Virus record (IMG/VR): IMGVR_UViG_3300031965_000097
Location: 1-35,560 of that record
Source of the DNA: a virus
Lineage: Duplodnaviria > Caudoviricetes
DNA: 35,560 nucleotides
Strand: one strand, 5' to 3'
The notes under the pieces are model-generated. The model saw only the letters and a program-made list of their open reading frames with translations, was not told the origin of the DNA and searched no databases. Each line of letters begins with the position of its first letter. The first letter of the stretch is position 1. Shown piece by piece: positions 1 through 7,044 of the stretch. The translations under genes were made by a program, and so were the position numbers.

Positions 1-249
1 GTGACTCGGGCCAAACCAAGAGTAATCATATTTGAAGGGACCTTCCCCTTGCACCTGTTTAGGCTTGAACATCTCTTCGAACAGTGATTGTGCTTGGAGG
101 AATTTTTTGTCCAGCGCTTCAAGTTTAAATGCAGCGCTTGCGATAGCGGGACAGCAGAAGTCTAGGTCCTTATCTTCTATAAGATTCGATGCTAACTTTA
201 AGATGGTTGCGGTGGTGACTTCTTTGGTTCCGTCATTTTTAATGTTCAT
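1..249 (-). CDS. Hypothetical protein, runs off the left edge (MNIKNDGTKEVTTATILKLASNLIE...)
   Basis: ATG at 249 abuts the stop of the 250..750 ORF; frame stays open to the window edge (manual translation; not in ORF track). Confidence 0.6.
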   Translation of the reverse strand, partial: MNIKNDGTKEVTTATILKLASNLIEDKDLDFCCPAIASAAFKLEALDKKFLQAQSLFEEMFKPKQVQGEGPFKYDYSWFGPSH

Positions 250-750
250 TTAAATCTCCTCGATTGTAATACGGATGCGACCAGTGGCAGGGTTACGACC
301 TATGATCACGCTGGTTGCTTGTTCGCCAGGCTTGGTTGAAGGAAGGACTAGTTCTACTTCCTTTGTTGCGGTGGCAACTTTGGTTGTAGCACGTCGGTCT
401 GTGAAGCTGGTGACTTGCGGCTCGGAGGGTGCTGTATGCTTTTGTTTCATCTGCCTTGTAGGCAGGACAAACGGCGGGGACTTGGGATCCCACACATAAC
501 GGGCGTCTGTGCTGGAACCTGTTTTAATGACATGACCTCTCTTTATGAGAGTTTTAATGAGGTCGCGTACCTGAAAGGCATTCTTAGCATGCTTGCGAAT
601 GTCGTCCTTAGCCAGCAAGTCGCTCATGCCGATCGGACCCTTGCGCAAGTGTGCCTCGAGGAAATTGTACATTTGAGCTATCTGCGCGACCGGGTTGTTG
701 ACCGTGCCGTTCGAAGATTGTGCAGATTGCCCATTCGTTGAAGTTGCCAT
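250..750 (-). CDS. Hypothetical early protein, possible winged-helix N-terminus
   Basis: 166-aa ORF with AAGGAG SD (ctcctt 757-762). Confidence 0.75.
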   Translation of the reverse strand: MATSTNGQSAQSSNGTVNNPVAQIAQMYNFLEAHLRKGPIGMSDLLAKDDIRKHAKNAFQVRDLIKTLIKRGHVIKTGSSTDARYVWDPKSPPFVLPTRQMKQKHTAPSEPQVTSFTDRRATTKVATATKEVELVLPSTKPGEQATSVIIGRNPATGRIRITIEEI

Positions 751-801
751 TACGTTCTCCTTACATAGATTGGGTTGGTGTTAGCTTGGTGTTACTTGGT
801 G

Positions 802-1008
802 TTACTGCTTATCTGCTGGTGGGGCATTGAGCTCGTGCCATTCCCAGAAATAAGCCGGTGCAATATAGTTCGTTATTGCCCAGTCAATGCAGGCGCGCGG
901 CAGACCATCATATGTTGCGATCAGTTTATCTTTGAGACCTAGTTCATTACGGGAATAGATTGCAATGCGGGTATGGTCTGTATCACCCGGTCTATAAGGA
1001 TTCGTCAT
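802..1008 (-). CDS. Hypothetical protein
   Basis: 68-aa ORF with AAGGAG SD just upstream. Confidence 0.7.
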   Translation of the reverse strand: MTNPYRPGDTDHTRIAIYSRNELGLKDKLIATYDGLPRACIDWAITNYIAPAYFWEWHELNAPPADKQ

Positions 1009-1038
1009 TTGTTGCTCCTTGGTAGGTGTTGCTTGGTA

Positions 1039-1206
1039 TTACTCATCGAAGAAGCCCCAATGGTCTTCTGGTATTGGGGAATTATTTGGCTCTTCATGGT
1101 CTTCATGGTCGTCGCATTCAAGATGACCACCAAGCAACTCTTCCAAGACGTCGGATATAGCGGCTTCTAGTGTGGTCAGGTATTGTTTGCGATGGATTTG
1201 AGCCAT
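1039..1206 (-). CDS. Small acidic hypothetical protein (MAQIHRKQYLTTLEAAISDVLEELLGG...WGFFDE, 55 aa)
   Basis: Manual translation; fills the gap between co-oriented genes; SD weak. Confidence 0.5.
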   Translation of the reverse strand: MAQIHRKQYLTTLEAAISDVLEELLGGHLECDDHEDHEEPNNSPIPEDHWGFFDE

Positions 1207-1233
1207 TGGTTCGTTGGGGCGGGTGTGGCTTAA

Positions 1234-2034
1234 TTAGTTGTATTTATCGTCTGGGTTAGGTCTCCCCATCATTGCATAGTAGGTGACGCGACGGTGTAAC
1301 GGCAAATCGCGTGCTTCTGCATCATGCTCGGACAACGGGGCGCTTTTCCTTTCGGGGGTTGATTGGATAAATGCCTTTGTTGTTGTGAAGTCTTGGCGCT
1401 CGATTGTCTCAAACATGGGGATTTTTATACCAAGCAGAGATTCGTAATAAGCTGCTACTTGGTCCAGATAAACAGCATTGGTGAACCATTCTTCAATGCT
1501 CTCGGCTGTTTCTTTGCCTGGGACTTCATAGCCTAGCAATATCGCGTTATTTGTTTGCTGTTTGCGGAGTGGTAAGTTACCGCTGAACAGGTCATGTGTA
1601 AAGAAATGAATACTTTCTTCTAGTGTGTGGTCTTTCATGTAATTTAACAGAGCGGTTCCCTCACGCTCATCTTTATTACCAAAGAATTCTTTATACTTCT
1701 GGCAATTGGTTTTAGCTATGATTTGCTGCTTTTGCTCTTTCTTTTCCAGACTTGCGTATAGGGCTCTTGTTGTTGGAGCGAGCTCTTTTGGATTCATACG
1801 CGGTCGGCCCATTGTTTGCCCGGTGTCACCGTATGGGTTGGGCTTGTTGGGGTCGGACTTGTTATTGGATTTGTTGGAGTTATTAGAGTTAGGTTTGGGA
1901 CATTGAGAAATTTTAAACTTGATTTCCTGTATGACGAACTGAATGCGTTTTACTTCCAACTTAGCTTTTTCTAGGTTGGAAGACTCTTGGGTTAGTTGTT
2001 CGGTTAGTTGTTCTCGCGTATTTGGCTCATCCAT
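1234..2034 (-). CDS. Hypothetical protein with N-terminal coiled coil and GRPR motif
   Basis: Long ORF; likely start MDEPNT at 2034 with GGGA SD. Confidence 0.7.
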   Translation of the reverse strand: MDEPNTREQLTEQLTQESSNLEKAKLEVKRIQFVIQEIKFKISQCPKPNSNNSNKSNNKSDPNKPNPYGDTGQTMGRPRMNPKELAPTTRALYASLEKKEQKQQIIAKTNCQKYKEFFGNKDEREGTALLNYMKDHTLEESIHFFTHDLFSGNLPLRKQQTNNAILLGYEVPGKETAESIEEWFTNAVYLDQVAAYYESLLGIKIPMFETIERQDFTTTKAFIQSTPERKSAPLSEHDAEARDLPLHRRVTYYAMMGRPNPDDKYN

Positions 2035-2079
2035 GATTGGTCCCGTTAGGTTAATTATGAATGCTAATGCTAACACGCT

Positions 2080-2340
2080 TAATAAAGTATGTGTACTTTA
2101 TTTTTCGTTTTGGTTGCGGGTAGTTACTTATTAGGGGTGTTTTAGGGGGCTAAAGCAGCTAAAATTAGCAGTTTAGCGGTTAGCCGCTAAATACCCCCTT
2201 ACATATTCTAAGTAAGTACACCTAAAAATTTTTTTAAAACGACTTACTTAGTATATAAAAAAATCTGGGTGTTAATAATTACTAATAATACTAATAATAT
2301 ACTACTATACCCTTTATAAACAACAACTTATCCCCATTAT
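2080..2340. other. AT-rich non-coding region with inverted and tandem repeats; candidate replication origin or control region
   Basis: TTTAGCGG/CCGCTAAA (2172-2191), TAAGTAAGT/ACTTACTTA (2209-2250), TAATAATAC-type tandem units (~2273-2310). Confidence 0.4.
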
Positions 2341-2379
2341 TGCAGCATTAAAGTCATGTTAATGCGATAGAACATCACA

Positions 2380-2402
2380 AATACCCTCTGTCACAGGGTA
2401 TT
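2380..2402 (-). promoter_or_regulatory. Hairpin with conserved GUGACAG loop (copy 1)
   Basis: + strand AATACCCT CTGTCAC AGGGTATT, perfect 8-bp stem. Confidence 0.7.
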
Positions 2403-2414
2403 AATTATGTCTAT

Positions 2415-2762
2415 TCAGTCCAGGTGACCGGGCAAACAATACAGCAAATCATCTTGGTGGATCTTCCCACTTTGGGACAAATCGTTTATCGCAGCGTTCA
2501 CATTTTCAATGTTGAAATCCGTAGCACATTTTCGGCAATATTCCCTCAGCTTTTGGATAGTCTGTGGACCATGAAGTTTCAAGCTTGCTTGAACAGCCAT
2601 TATGCAAGGATAATGCAGAGTAGCTATTGGATCTTGTCGAGTCCTGTTGCTACCACGCAACCGCTTCACCTCCGCTTGCAATACTTCAACGACTTCCATG
2701 ACTTCATTGAAGGTTATAAGCCCTGAACGATTGTACGTCATTGCTTCTTCTAAAGTTTTCAT
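2415..2762 (-). CDS. Hypothetical protein, possible C-terminal winged helix
   Basis: 115-aa ORF with AAGGAG SD. Confidence 0.7.
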   Translation of the reverse strand: MKTLEEAMTYNRSGLITFNEVMEVVEVLQAEVKRLRGSNRTRQDPIATLHYPCIMAVQASLKLHGPQTIQKLREYCRKCATDFNIENVNAAINDLSQSGKIHQDDLLYCLPGHLD

Positions 2763-2777
2763 AATCTATTACTCCTT

Positions 2778-2993
2778 TTAATAAGATTTTAATTCAGACC
2801 GCAAAAGAGCAGCTCGCTTCTGGAAATATGCTTCATTCCGAAGAGCTTCTCGGGCTTTATGAGCCTCAACCGCAGCGCACATATCGTAATGTGTGGTTAA
2901 CCTTTCCATCTGCCAGCATTTAATCCTAGTCGCGACAGGTTTCACTGCCAAGGCTAATAATTCAGGTACATTGATTATGGTTTTTGTCTGCAT
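2778..2993 (-). CDS. Hypothetical protein (MQTKTIINVPELL...)
   Basis: Start re-assigned to ATG 2993, preceded by AAAGGA. Confidence 0.65.
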   Translation of the reverse strand: MQTKTIINVPELLALAVKPVATRIKCWQMERLTTHYDMCAAVEAHKAREALRNEAYFQKRAALLRSELKSY

Positions 2994-3031
2994 TGTTGGT
3001 CCTTTGTTAAACGCTGGGCAAGCTTGTAAAA

Positions 3032-3050
3032 GGGTTAGGGTAGGGTTGGG
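3032..3050 (+). other. Canonical G-quadruplex motif GGGTTAGGGTAGGGTTGGG
   Basis: Four G3 runs with 2-3 nt loops, intergenic. Confidence 0.6.
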
Positions 3051-3114
3051 TATTACCGCGCTATAAAAACAGCTTGCCGGGTGCTTGCCGTGCGGGCAAA
3101 TGGGGTTTGTGGTG

Positions 3115-3393
3115 CTAGGGAAGGTTGCCGTTTGTGTAGTACGGTAAATCTCTGTGCAATTCATGCGGATCGGTACACAGGATTTGTTCTTGTATTTGGA
3201 TGACAACGAGATACCAGACTAAAGCCATGTGCTGGTCATTATTTTCTTCCAGGCGCTTGATGTGCTCTTTGTCGGCCAATTCGAGAATAACTTCATTGGT
3301 TATACCGTTTCGAATGAGGCAATCAAGAATGTCATTTGCTTGTTCAATGCGGCCTTTGAGATCGATCGCATTGAAGCGTTTTGCATTTACCAT
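3115..3393 (-). CDS. Hypothetical protein
   Basis: 92-aa ORF with AAGGAG SD. Confidence 0.7.
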   Translation of the reverse strand: MVNAKRFNAIDLKGRIEQANDILDCLIRNGITNEVILELADKEHIKRLEENNDQHMALVWYLVVIQIQEQILCTDPHELHRDLPYYTNGNLP

Positions 3394-3396
3394 AAT

Positions 3397-3546
3397 TTAC
3401 TCCTTAGATTTGATTTTGGAAGCTTCCTCGAGGGAAATCCGGGTAACGCCACGTACAATGCCACGGAAGACCCAACGAACAACTATAGCGCCGACGACAA
3501 TCCCGCCAATTATGATGACAAAACCTAAACTAGCGTCGCTGTTCAT
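3397..3546 (-). CDS. Small single-pass membrane protein (MNSDASLGFVIIIGGIVVGAIVVRW..., 49 aa)
   Basis: Manual translation; AAGGAG SD at 3555-3560; hydrophobic stretch then basic tail. Confidence 0.65.
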   Translation of the reverse strand: MNSDASLGFVIIIGGIVVGAIVVRWVFRGIVRGVTRISLEEASKIKSKE

Positions 3547-3775
3547 GTTCTTTACTCCTTGAGGTAAAATAAGCTACACGGAAGGCGAGCCGTGCCTCGT
3601 TGTAACCTTCATGATAAGCACGATCGGCTTCGATTCGGTCAGTTAAACAGCTTTCAGCAGCCCTGGCCTTACGAAACCAATCATTTTCGAGATAGTATAA
3701 TTCATTATCATGTGCGCAAAGAGCATTGGCAGCTCGTTCCCCACATCCGCAATAAACTTCTGGGCTATGATTCAT
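3530..3775 (-). CDS. Hypothetical protein
   Basis: 81-aa ORF with AGGA SD. Confidence 0.6.
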   Translation of the reverse strand: MNHSPEVYCGCGERAANALCAHDNELYYLENDWFRKARAAESCLTDRIEADRAYHEGYNEARLAFRVAYFTSRSKEHEQRR

Positions 3776-3832
3776 ATTATTTTCCTAAGCGTAGACCATG
3801 CGCGACCAATTGCCGCTAAGTTGGGTGGTCAT

Positions 3833-3881
3833 CCACTGACGCCCGTGAGGGCGTTTCGTCGTTACCGACTCATCAGAGTGG
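3833..3881 (-). ncRNA. Type I hammerhead ribozyme (HH-A)
   Basis: Minus strand CCACU CUGAUGA GUCG-GUAA-CGAC GAA ACGCCC-UCAC-GGGCGU C AGUGG: full core, three perfect stems, GUC site (cut between 3838 and 3837). Confidence 0.93.
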
Positions 3882-3883
3882 AA

Positions 3884-4510
3884 TTAGAACTTCGGGAGTG
3901 TTCCGAAACCCGGGTTCCAAGCAGCTTTTTCTTCATGGACAGCATTGATTCTCGGCAAACGGCCTGAGACACCGTTGAAAGCGCGCCAGCGAGCGTATTG
4001 CGTTTTAATAGTGTGTTCGTTTACGTCCTTGGTAGCCGGGTCTCCCTTCAGAGCGGAGATGGTTGCCACCGCACCGTGCTGGCTGTTGGTGATTTGATCG
4101 GCTGCTTCCCAAATCTTACCACAGAGGGTGTTCGCCGCAGGGCGCGTAATGCCATTTTGTTGCACTTTGTCCGCTCTTTGGGGTTTAACTTTCGCAGCCG
4201 GGCCAGTAATATTGTACTTGGCTTTCAGTTCTTCCAGTTCTTTGTTGAACTGTTCCCTTGCAGCGGGCGGAGTTTCCAAAGACGGGCTAGGGGCCACCGG
4301 AGTGCTGAGTTGTTGAACAGCAAATGCCATGCTGTCAACATTTGCGCGGCGTTCGCCTTTGCGCTGATCTTCGGTTACCGGCTGCACATCACCCTTCGGT
4401 TCTTCCAGCGGAGCTTCTTTCCCGAACAACTTTTCAGACTTGGCAATTTGAGCTTTGGTGGGGCCTTTTGCCTTAGCTTTGGAGCTAGGGGCAGCTTGAG
4501 TTTTAGACAT
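3884..4510 (-). CDS. Hypothetical protein with Lys/Pro-rich N-terminus and C-terminal helical, probably DNA-binding, domain
   Basis: 208-aa ORF, AAGGAG SD; C-terminus resembles the 7413..7805 protein. Confidence 0.85.
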   Translation of the reverse strand: MSKTQAAPSSKAKAKGPTKAQIAKSEKLFGKEAPLEEPKGDVQPVTEDQRKGERRANVDSMAFAVQQLSTPVAPSPSLETPPAAREQFNKELEELKAKYNITGPAAKVKPQRADKVQQNGITRPAANTLCGKIWEAADQITNSQHGAVATISALKGDPATKDVNEHTIKTQYARWRAFNGVSGRLPRINAVHEEKAAWNPGFGTLPKF

Positions 4511-4666
4511 GATGTGACTCCTTAAAATGCAGCATACACTATTAGTAGCTGCGGGTTAGGTGCTGAATGCACCGTTAAATAGTACAACTACAGCATCGCA
4601 CAGAGTTGGCGTTTGCGCAAACTAATTCGCTTCAGTTGTTACAAATTAAATTGTAACAGTGCGATG

Positions 4667-4858
4667 CTATTCAACGTAAGGGTCCGGAATGCCTTCTTCT
4701 ACATCCGTTAAATCAACGTTCGTGATTGCGAATTTAGGGTTGTAGACAAAAGCGTCCGTCGGCTTGCCCTCTAACAGACATTGGGTCAGCTCTTCCGCAA
4801 AGTCAGCCGCGCTGGTATGATCGTCGACTAGAAACTTTACAACTAGGTATTTCATCAT
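4667..4858 (-). CDS. Small acidic hypothetical protein
   Basis: Start MMKYL with AGGAG SD at 4861-4865. Confidence 0.7.
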   Translation of the reverse strand: MMKYLVVKFLVDDHTSAADFAEELTQCLLEGKPTDAFVYNPKFAITNVDLTDVEEGIPDPYVE

Positions 4859-4876
4859 AGCTCCTAAGTGGTACAT

Positions 4877-4926
4877 CCACAGACCTCCTCGCGGAGGTTT
4901 CGCCGTCTAACGGCTCATCAGTGTGG
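4877..4926 (-). ncRNA. Type I hammerhead ribozyme (HH-B)
   Basis: Minus strand CCACA CUGAUGA GCCGU-UAG-ACGGC GAA ACCUCC-GCGA-GGAGGU C UGUGG: full core, GUC site (cut between 4882 and 4881). Confidence 0.93.
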
Positions 4927-4933
4927 TTAAGAT

Positions 4934-5101
4934 TTACAACAGATCGAAAACGTAGTCCGGTTCCAACCCGAACTCGTCGTGCAGGATTTCTTCCGGGTCT
5001 TCACCTTTTGCAACGCGACGTTTGGCGTCGTCGATCATGCTTTGCGCATCACGTTGTGACATTTTATCACGACGCATGATCGTTTTAAGTAGACTTTCCA
5101 T
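4934..5101 (-). CDS. Small phage hypothetical protein (MESLLKTIMRRDKMS...GEDPEEILHDEFGLEPDYVFDLL, 55 aa)
   Basis: Manual translation; TAATG coupling with the upstream gene; MRRD...FGLEPDY pattern recalled from phage hypotheticals. Confidence 0.8.
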   Translation of the reverse strand: MESLLKTIMRRDKMSQRDAQSMIDDAKRRVAKGEDPEEILHDEFGLEPDYVFDLL

Positions 5102-5238
5102 TATTTTTTCCTTTTGTCACTTGCAGGTTTGAGATGCCAACCAAGTCGGCGGCGGATTTCCTCTTGTGAGGGAATCGGTAGTCGTGACTGTGAACGTCGC
5201 CGCATGTAGACACGAATAAGTTCTTTTGCAGTAGACAT
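5101..5238 (-). CDS. Small basic protein of 'PSxEEIRRxLGW' type
   Basis: Start MSTAKEL with AGGAG SD; similar to 15725..15871. Confidence 0.75.
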   Translation of the reverse strand: MSTAKELIRVYMRRRSQSRLPIPSQEEIRRRLGWHLKPASDKRKK

Positions 5239-5308
5239 AATTCTACTCCTAAGACAGTGCAAAGCGCACTCAGTTGACTGCTGTTGCCAACAGTCAAGAA
5301 AGTTGCTC

Positions 5309-5491
5309 TCAGCTGACTTCACGTTCGATGAACTTACGTAGCACCTTGGTCATTGTTGTGCCGTGCTCAGCGCATTTGGCCAAGAATGCTTCTTTAAGTT
5401 CAGCCGGGATACGAATGTTCAGCGGTACAGTTTGTTCCGCTTCGTCATTTTCGTATAGTTCATTGGATGCTGCCGGAATAAGTTTTGCCAT
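5309..5491 (-). CDS. Ribbon-helix-helix (Arc/CopG/ParG-like) DNA-binding protein
   Basis: PLNIRIPAELKEAFLAKCAEHGTTMTKVLRKFI fits the RHH pattern; AAGGGA SD. Confidence 0.8.
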   Translation of the reverse strand: MAKLIPAASNELYENDEAEQTVPLNIRIPAELKEAFLAKCAEHGTTMTKVLRKFIEREVS

Positions 5492-5530
5492 GATGGTTCC
5501 CTTGATTAGAAGTAGATGCAAAGCGCATCC

Positions 5531-5555
5531 GCAAGCTATCTGTCACATAGCTTGC
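5531..5555 (-). promoter_or_regulatory. Hairpin with conserved GUGACAG loop (copy 2)
   Basis: GCAAGCTAT CTGTCAC ATAGCTTGC, perfect 9-bp stem. Confidence 0.7.
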
Positions 5556-5567
5556 AGCAGTGCTTTA

Positions 5568-5819
5568 TTACTCTTTAAATGGTTCAACACAAATTATGGT
5601 GAACCAACCATTTCCTTGTAAAGAAATCTCTTCCATTGCTTCTGTTAAGTAGTCTGCTTGCTCCAACCAGTTAAAACAAGTAGCATTTTCTACAGTGGGG
5701 AAGTAGCTTCCTACTTCCCTATTCCAAAATCCATGTTCTGTTTCAATTGCAAACTTAGTTAGCTTTGCTTGTTCTTGGAACTTGTCTTTTGCTTCCAGTT
5801 TATCGGAATGTATGCCCAT
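5568..5819 (-). CDS. Hypothetical protein
   Basis: Start MGIHSDK with AAAGGA SD. Confidence 0.7.
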   Translation of the reverse strand: MGIHSDKLEAKDKFQEQAKLTKFAIETEHGFWNREVGSYFPTVENATCFNWLEQADYLTEAMEEISLQGNGWFTIICVEPFKE

Positions 5820-5830
5820 AATAATTCCTT

Positions 5831-5891
5831 TCAGTATATGTACCCTACTATTAAGATACATATACATGGGTCCTGTCACGACCTATGTATA
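5831..5891 (-). promoter_or_regulatory. Double-hairpin leader element (GUGACAG loop plus UUAAUAGUAG loop), copy 3
   Basis: Homologous to 6663-6721 with stem substitutions that keep pairing. Confidence 0.7.
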
Positions 5892-5894
5892 GCA

Positions 5895-6089
5895 TTATTT
5901 AAAAGTCACCCACAAGCGGTAATCTTCAAAATATTTTTCAATGTCAGTTTCTTCTATTTCAATTTCTTCTGCTTCAGAGAAGCTAGCAAATGCATCATCT
6001 GCTTCTAATGCTCCTTCTAAGTATTCGTCCACTTGGTCTAATTCGCAATCACGTTCAAACAGTGCGTTGCGTAAATTAATTTTTGCCAT
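5895..6089 (-). CDS. Very acidic small protein (20 of 64 residues D/E); DNA-mimic candidate
   Basis: ORF with AGGAG SD; composition. Confidence 0.75.
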   Translation of the reverse strand: MAKINLRNALFERDCELDQVDEYLEGALEADDAFASFSEAEEIEIEETDIEKYFEDYRLWVTFK

Positions 6090-6111
6090 GTCATGCTCCT
6101 GTATGTTGTTA

Positions 6112-6165
6112 ACATATGCACACTACAATAATGCGCATATGTATAGTGCCTGTCACTACCTATGC
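6112..6165 (-). promoter_or_regulatory. Degenerate double-hairpin leader element, copy 4
   Basis: ACATATGC..CTACAATAA..GCATATGT then CTGTCAC at 6150-6156. Confidence 0.5.
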
Positions 6166-6174
6166 TAACTGCTT

Positions 6175-6366
6175 TTACTTTTCAACCAAATCACCATTTT
6201 CATCAATTTCACAATTAATGCGTTCCAAAAGGTCATTCAGCACGTCACCAGTTTCATCCTCAAGTATGCTGCACAAACTATATGCAACTTCTTTTTCTTG
6301 TTTTGTGCTATTCACGTCAAATGTGTTTAACAGTGTTTCAGCAATTGCTATTTGTTGGGTATTCAT
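6175..6366 (-). CDS. Small acidic protein (15 of 63 residues D/E)
   Basis: ORF with AAGGAG SD. Confidence 0.75.
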   Translation of the reverse strand: MNTQQIAIAETLLNTFDVNSTKQEKEVAYSLCSILEDETGDVLNDLLERINCEIDENGDLVEK

Positions 6367-6450
6367 AATGTTGCTCCTTAGTACAGGTTAAACTGCAAAG
6401 CGCAGTCATAAGCCACCTGCTATCAAGTAGCTTATAAAGTGCTTTACTGC

Positions 6451-6651
6451 TTACATGTAGTAATGTGCAAATTGTTGCACTACCTCACCAACTTGGGCCT
6501 TGTTAATTGTTTCAGGCAGCTTGTGCGCTGTTATGTAGTCAGCAACTACAAGCTTACGTGCGGCCAGTTCATTTTTACTATCAGCTGCGTCACGTTGCAC
6601 ACCATCAGTTACGTTGCTTACATTTAGCAATAGTTCAAATGTGTTAATCAT
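6451..6651 (-). CDS. Hypothetical protein (MINTFELLL...)
   Basis: Start re-assigned to ATG 6651, GAGGAG SD. Confidence 0.7.
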   Translation of the reverse strand: MINTFELLLNVSNVTDGVQRDAADSKNELAARKLVVADYITAHKLPETINKAQVGEVVQQFAHYYM

Positions 6652-6662
6652 GGTATTACTCC

Positions 6663-6721
6663 TCAGTATATGCTGGCTACTATTAATCAGCATATACATG
6701 CCCCCTGTCACGAGGTATGTA
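6663..6721 (-). promoter_or_regulatory. Double-hairpin leader element, copy 5
   Basis: GTATATGCTGG CTACTATTAA TCAGCATATAC; TACATGCCCC CTGTCAC GAGGTATGTA. Confidence 0.7.
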
Positions 6722-6844
6722 GCTAACCGGCACATTCAAGTAGCTTATTGTATGTGTTGCGGTAGCATGTTACACCATGTAGCAGTTTTAGTGCTTACGC
6801 GTATAGGTAATGTTTTATGCTTACTAACTTTAGGTTAGCAGTTG

Positions 6845-6961
6845 TTATACACCTTGTAATACTAAGGTAGCAGTACGTTTATATACACCATTAACATGGT
6901 AGTGCATAGTATGTGCAATGTTGCTATACACACTATGCGTATAGGTTGTTAAATAACGCAC
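6845..6961 (-). CDS. Possible 38-aa D/E-free peptide (MRYLTTYTHSVYSNIAHTMHYHVNGVYKRTATLVLQGV)
   Basis: GTG start preceded by TAAGGT at short spacing; SD lies in a CGCTACC/GGTAGCG hairpin. Confidence 0.3.
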   Translation of the reverse strand: MRYLTTYTHSVYSNIAHTMHYHVNGVYKRTATLVLQGV

Positions 6962-7044
6962 GCTACCTTATACCGGGTAGCGGTGCAGCACATTGTTATG
7001 CGTGCTGTTTTAATGCGCTGTTGTGCGCACACGGTTTATTACAA

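Noticed and set aside
4592-4668. Third hammerhead (CUGAAGC GAA on the minus strand)
   Set aside because: Core is not CUGANGA and stem II/GAAA geometry is missing.
5258-6721. CRISPR-like array from the intergenic repeats
   Set aside because: Repeats are degenerate, irregularly spaced and separated by whole genes; no cas genes.
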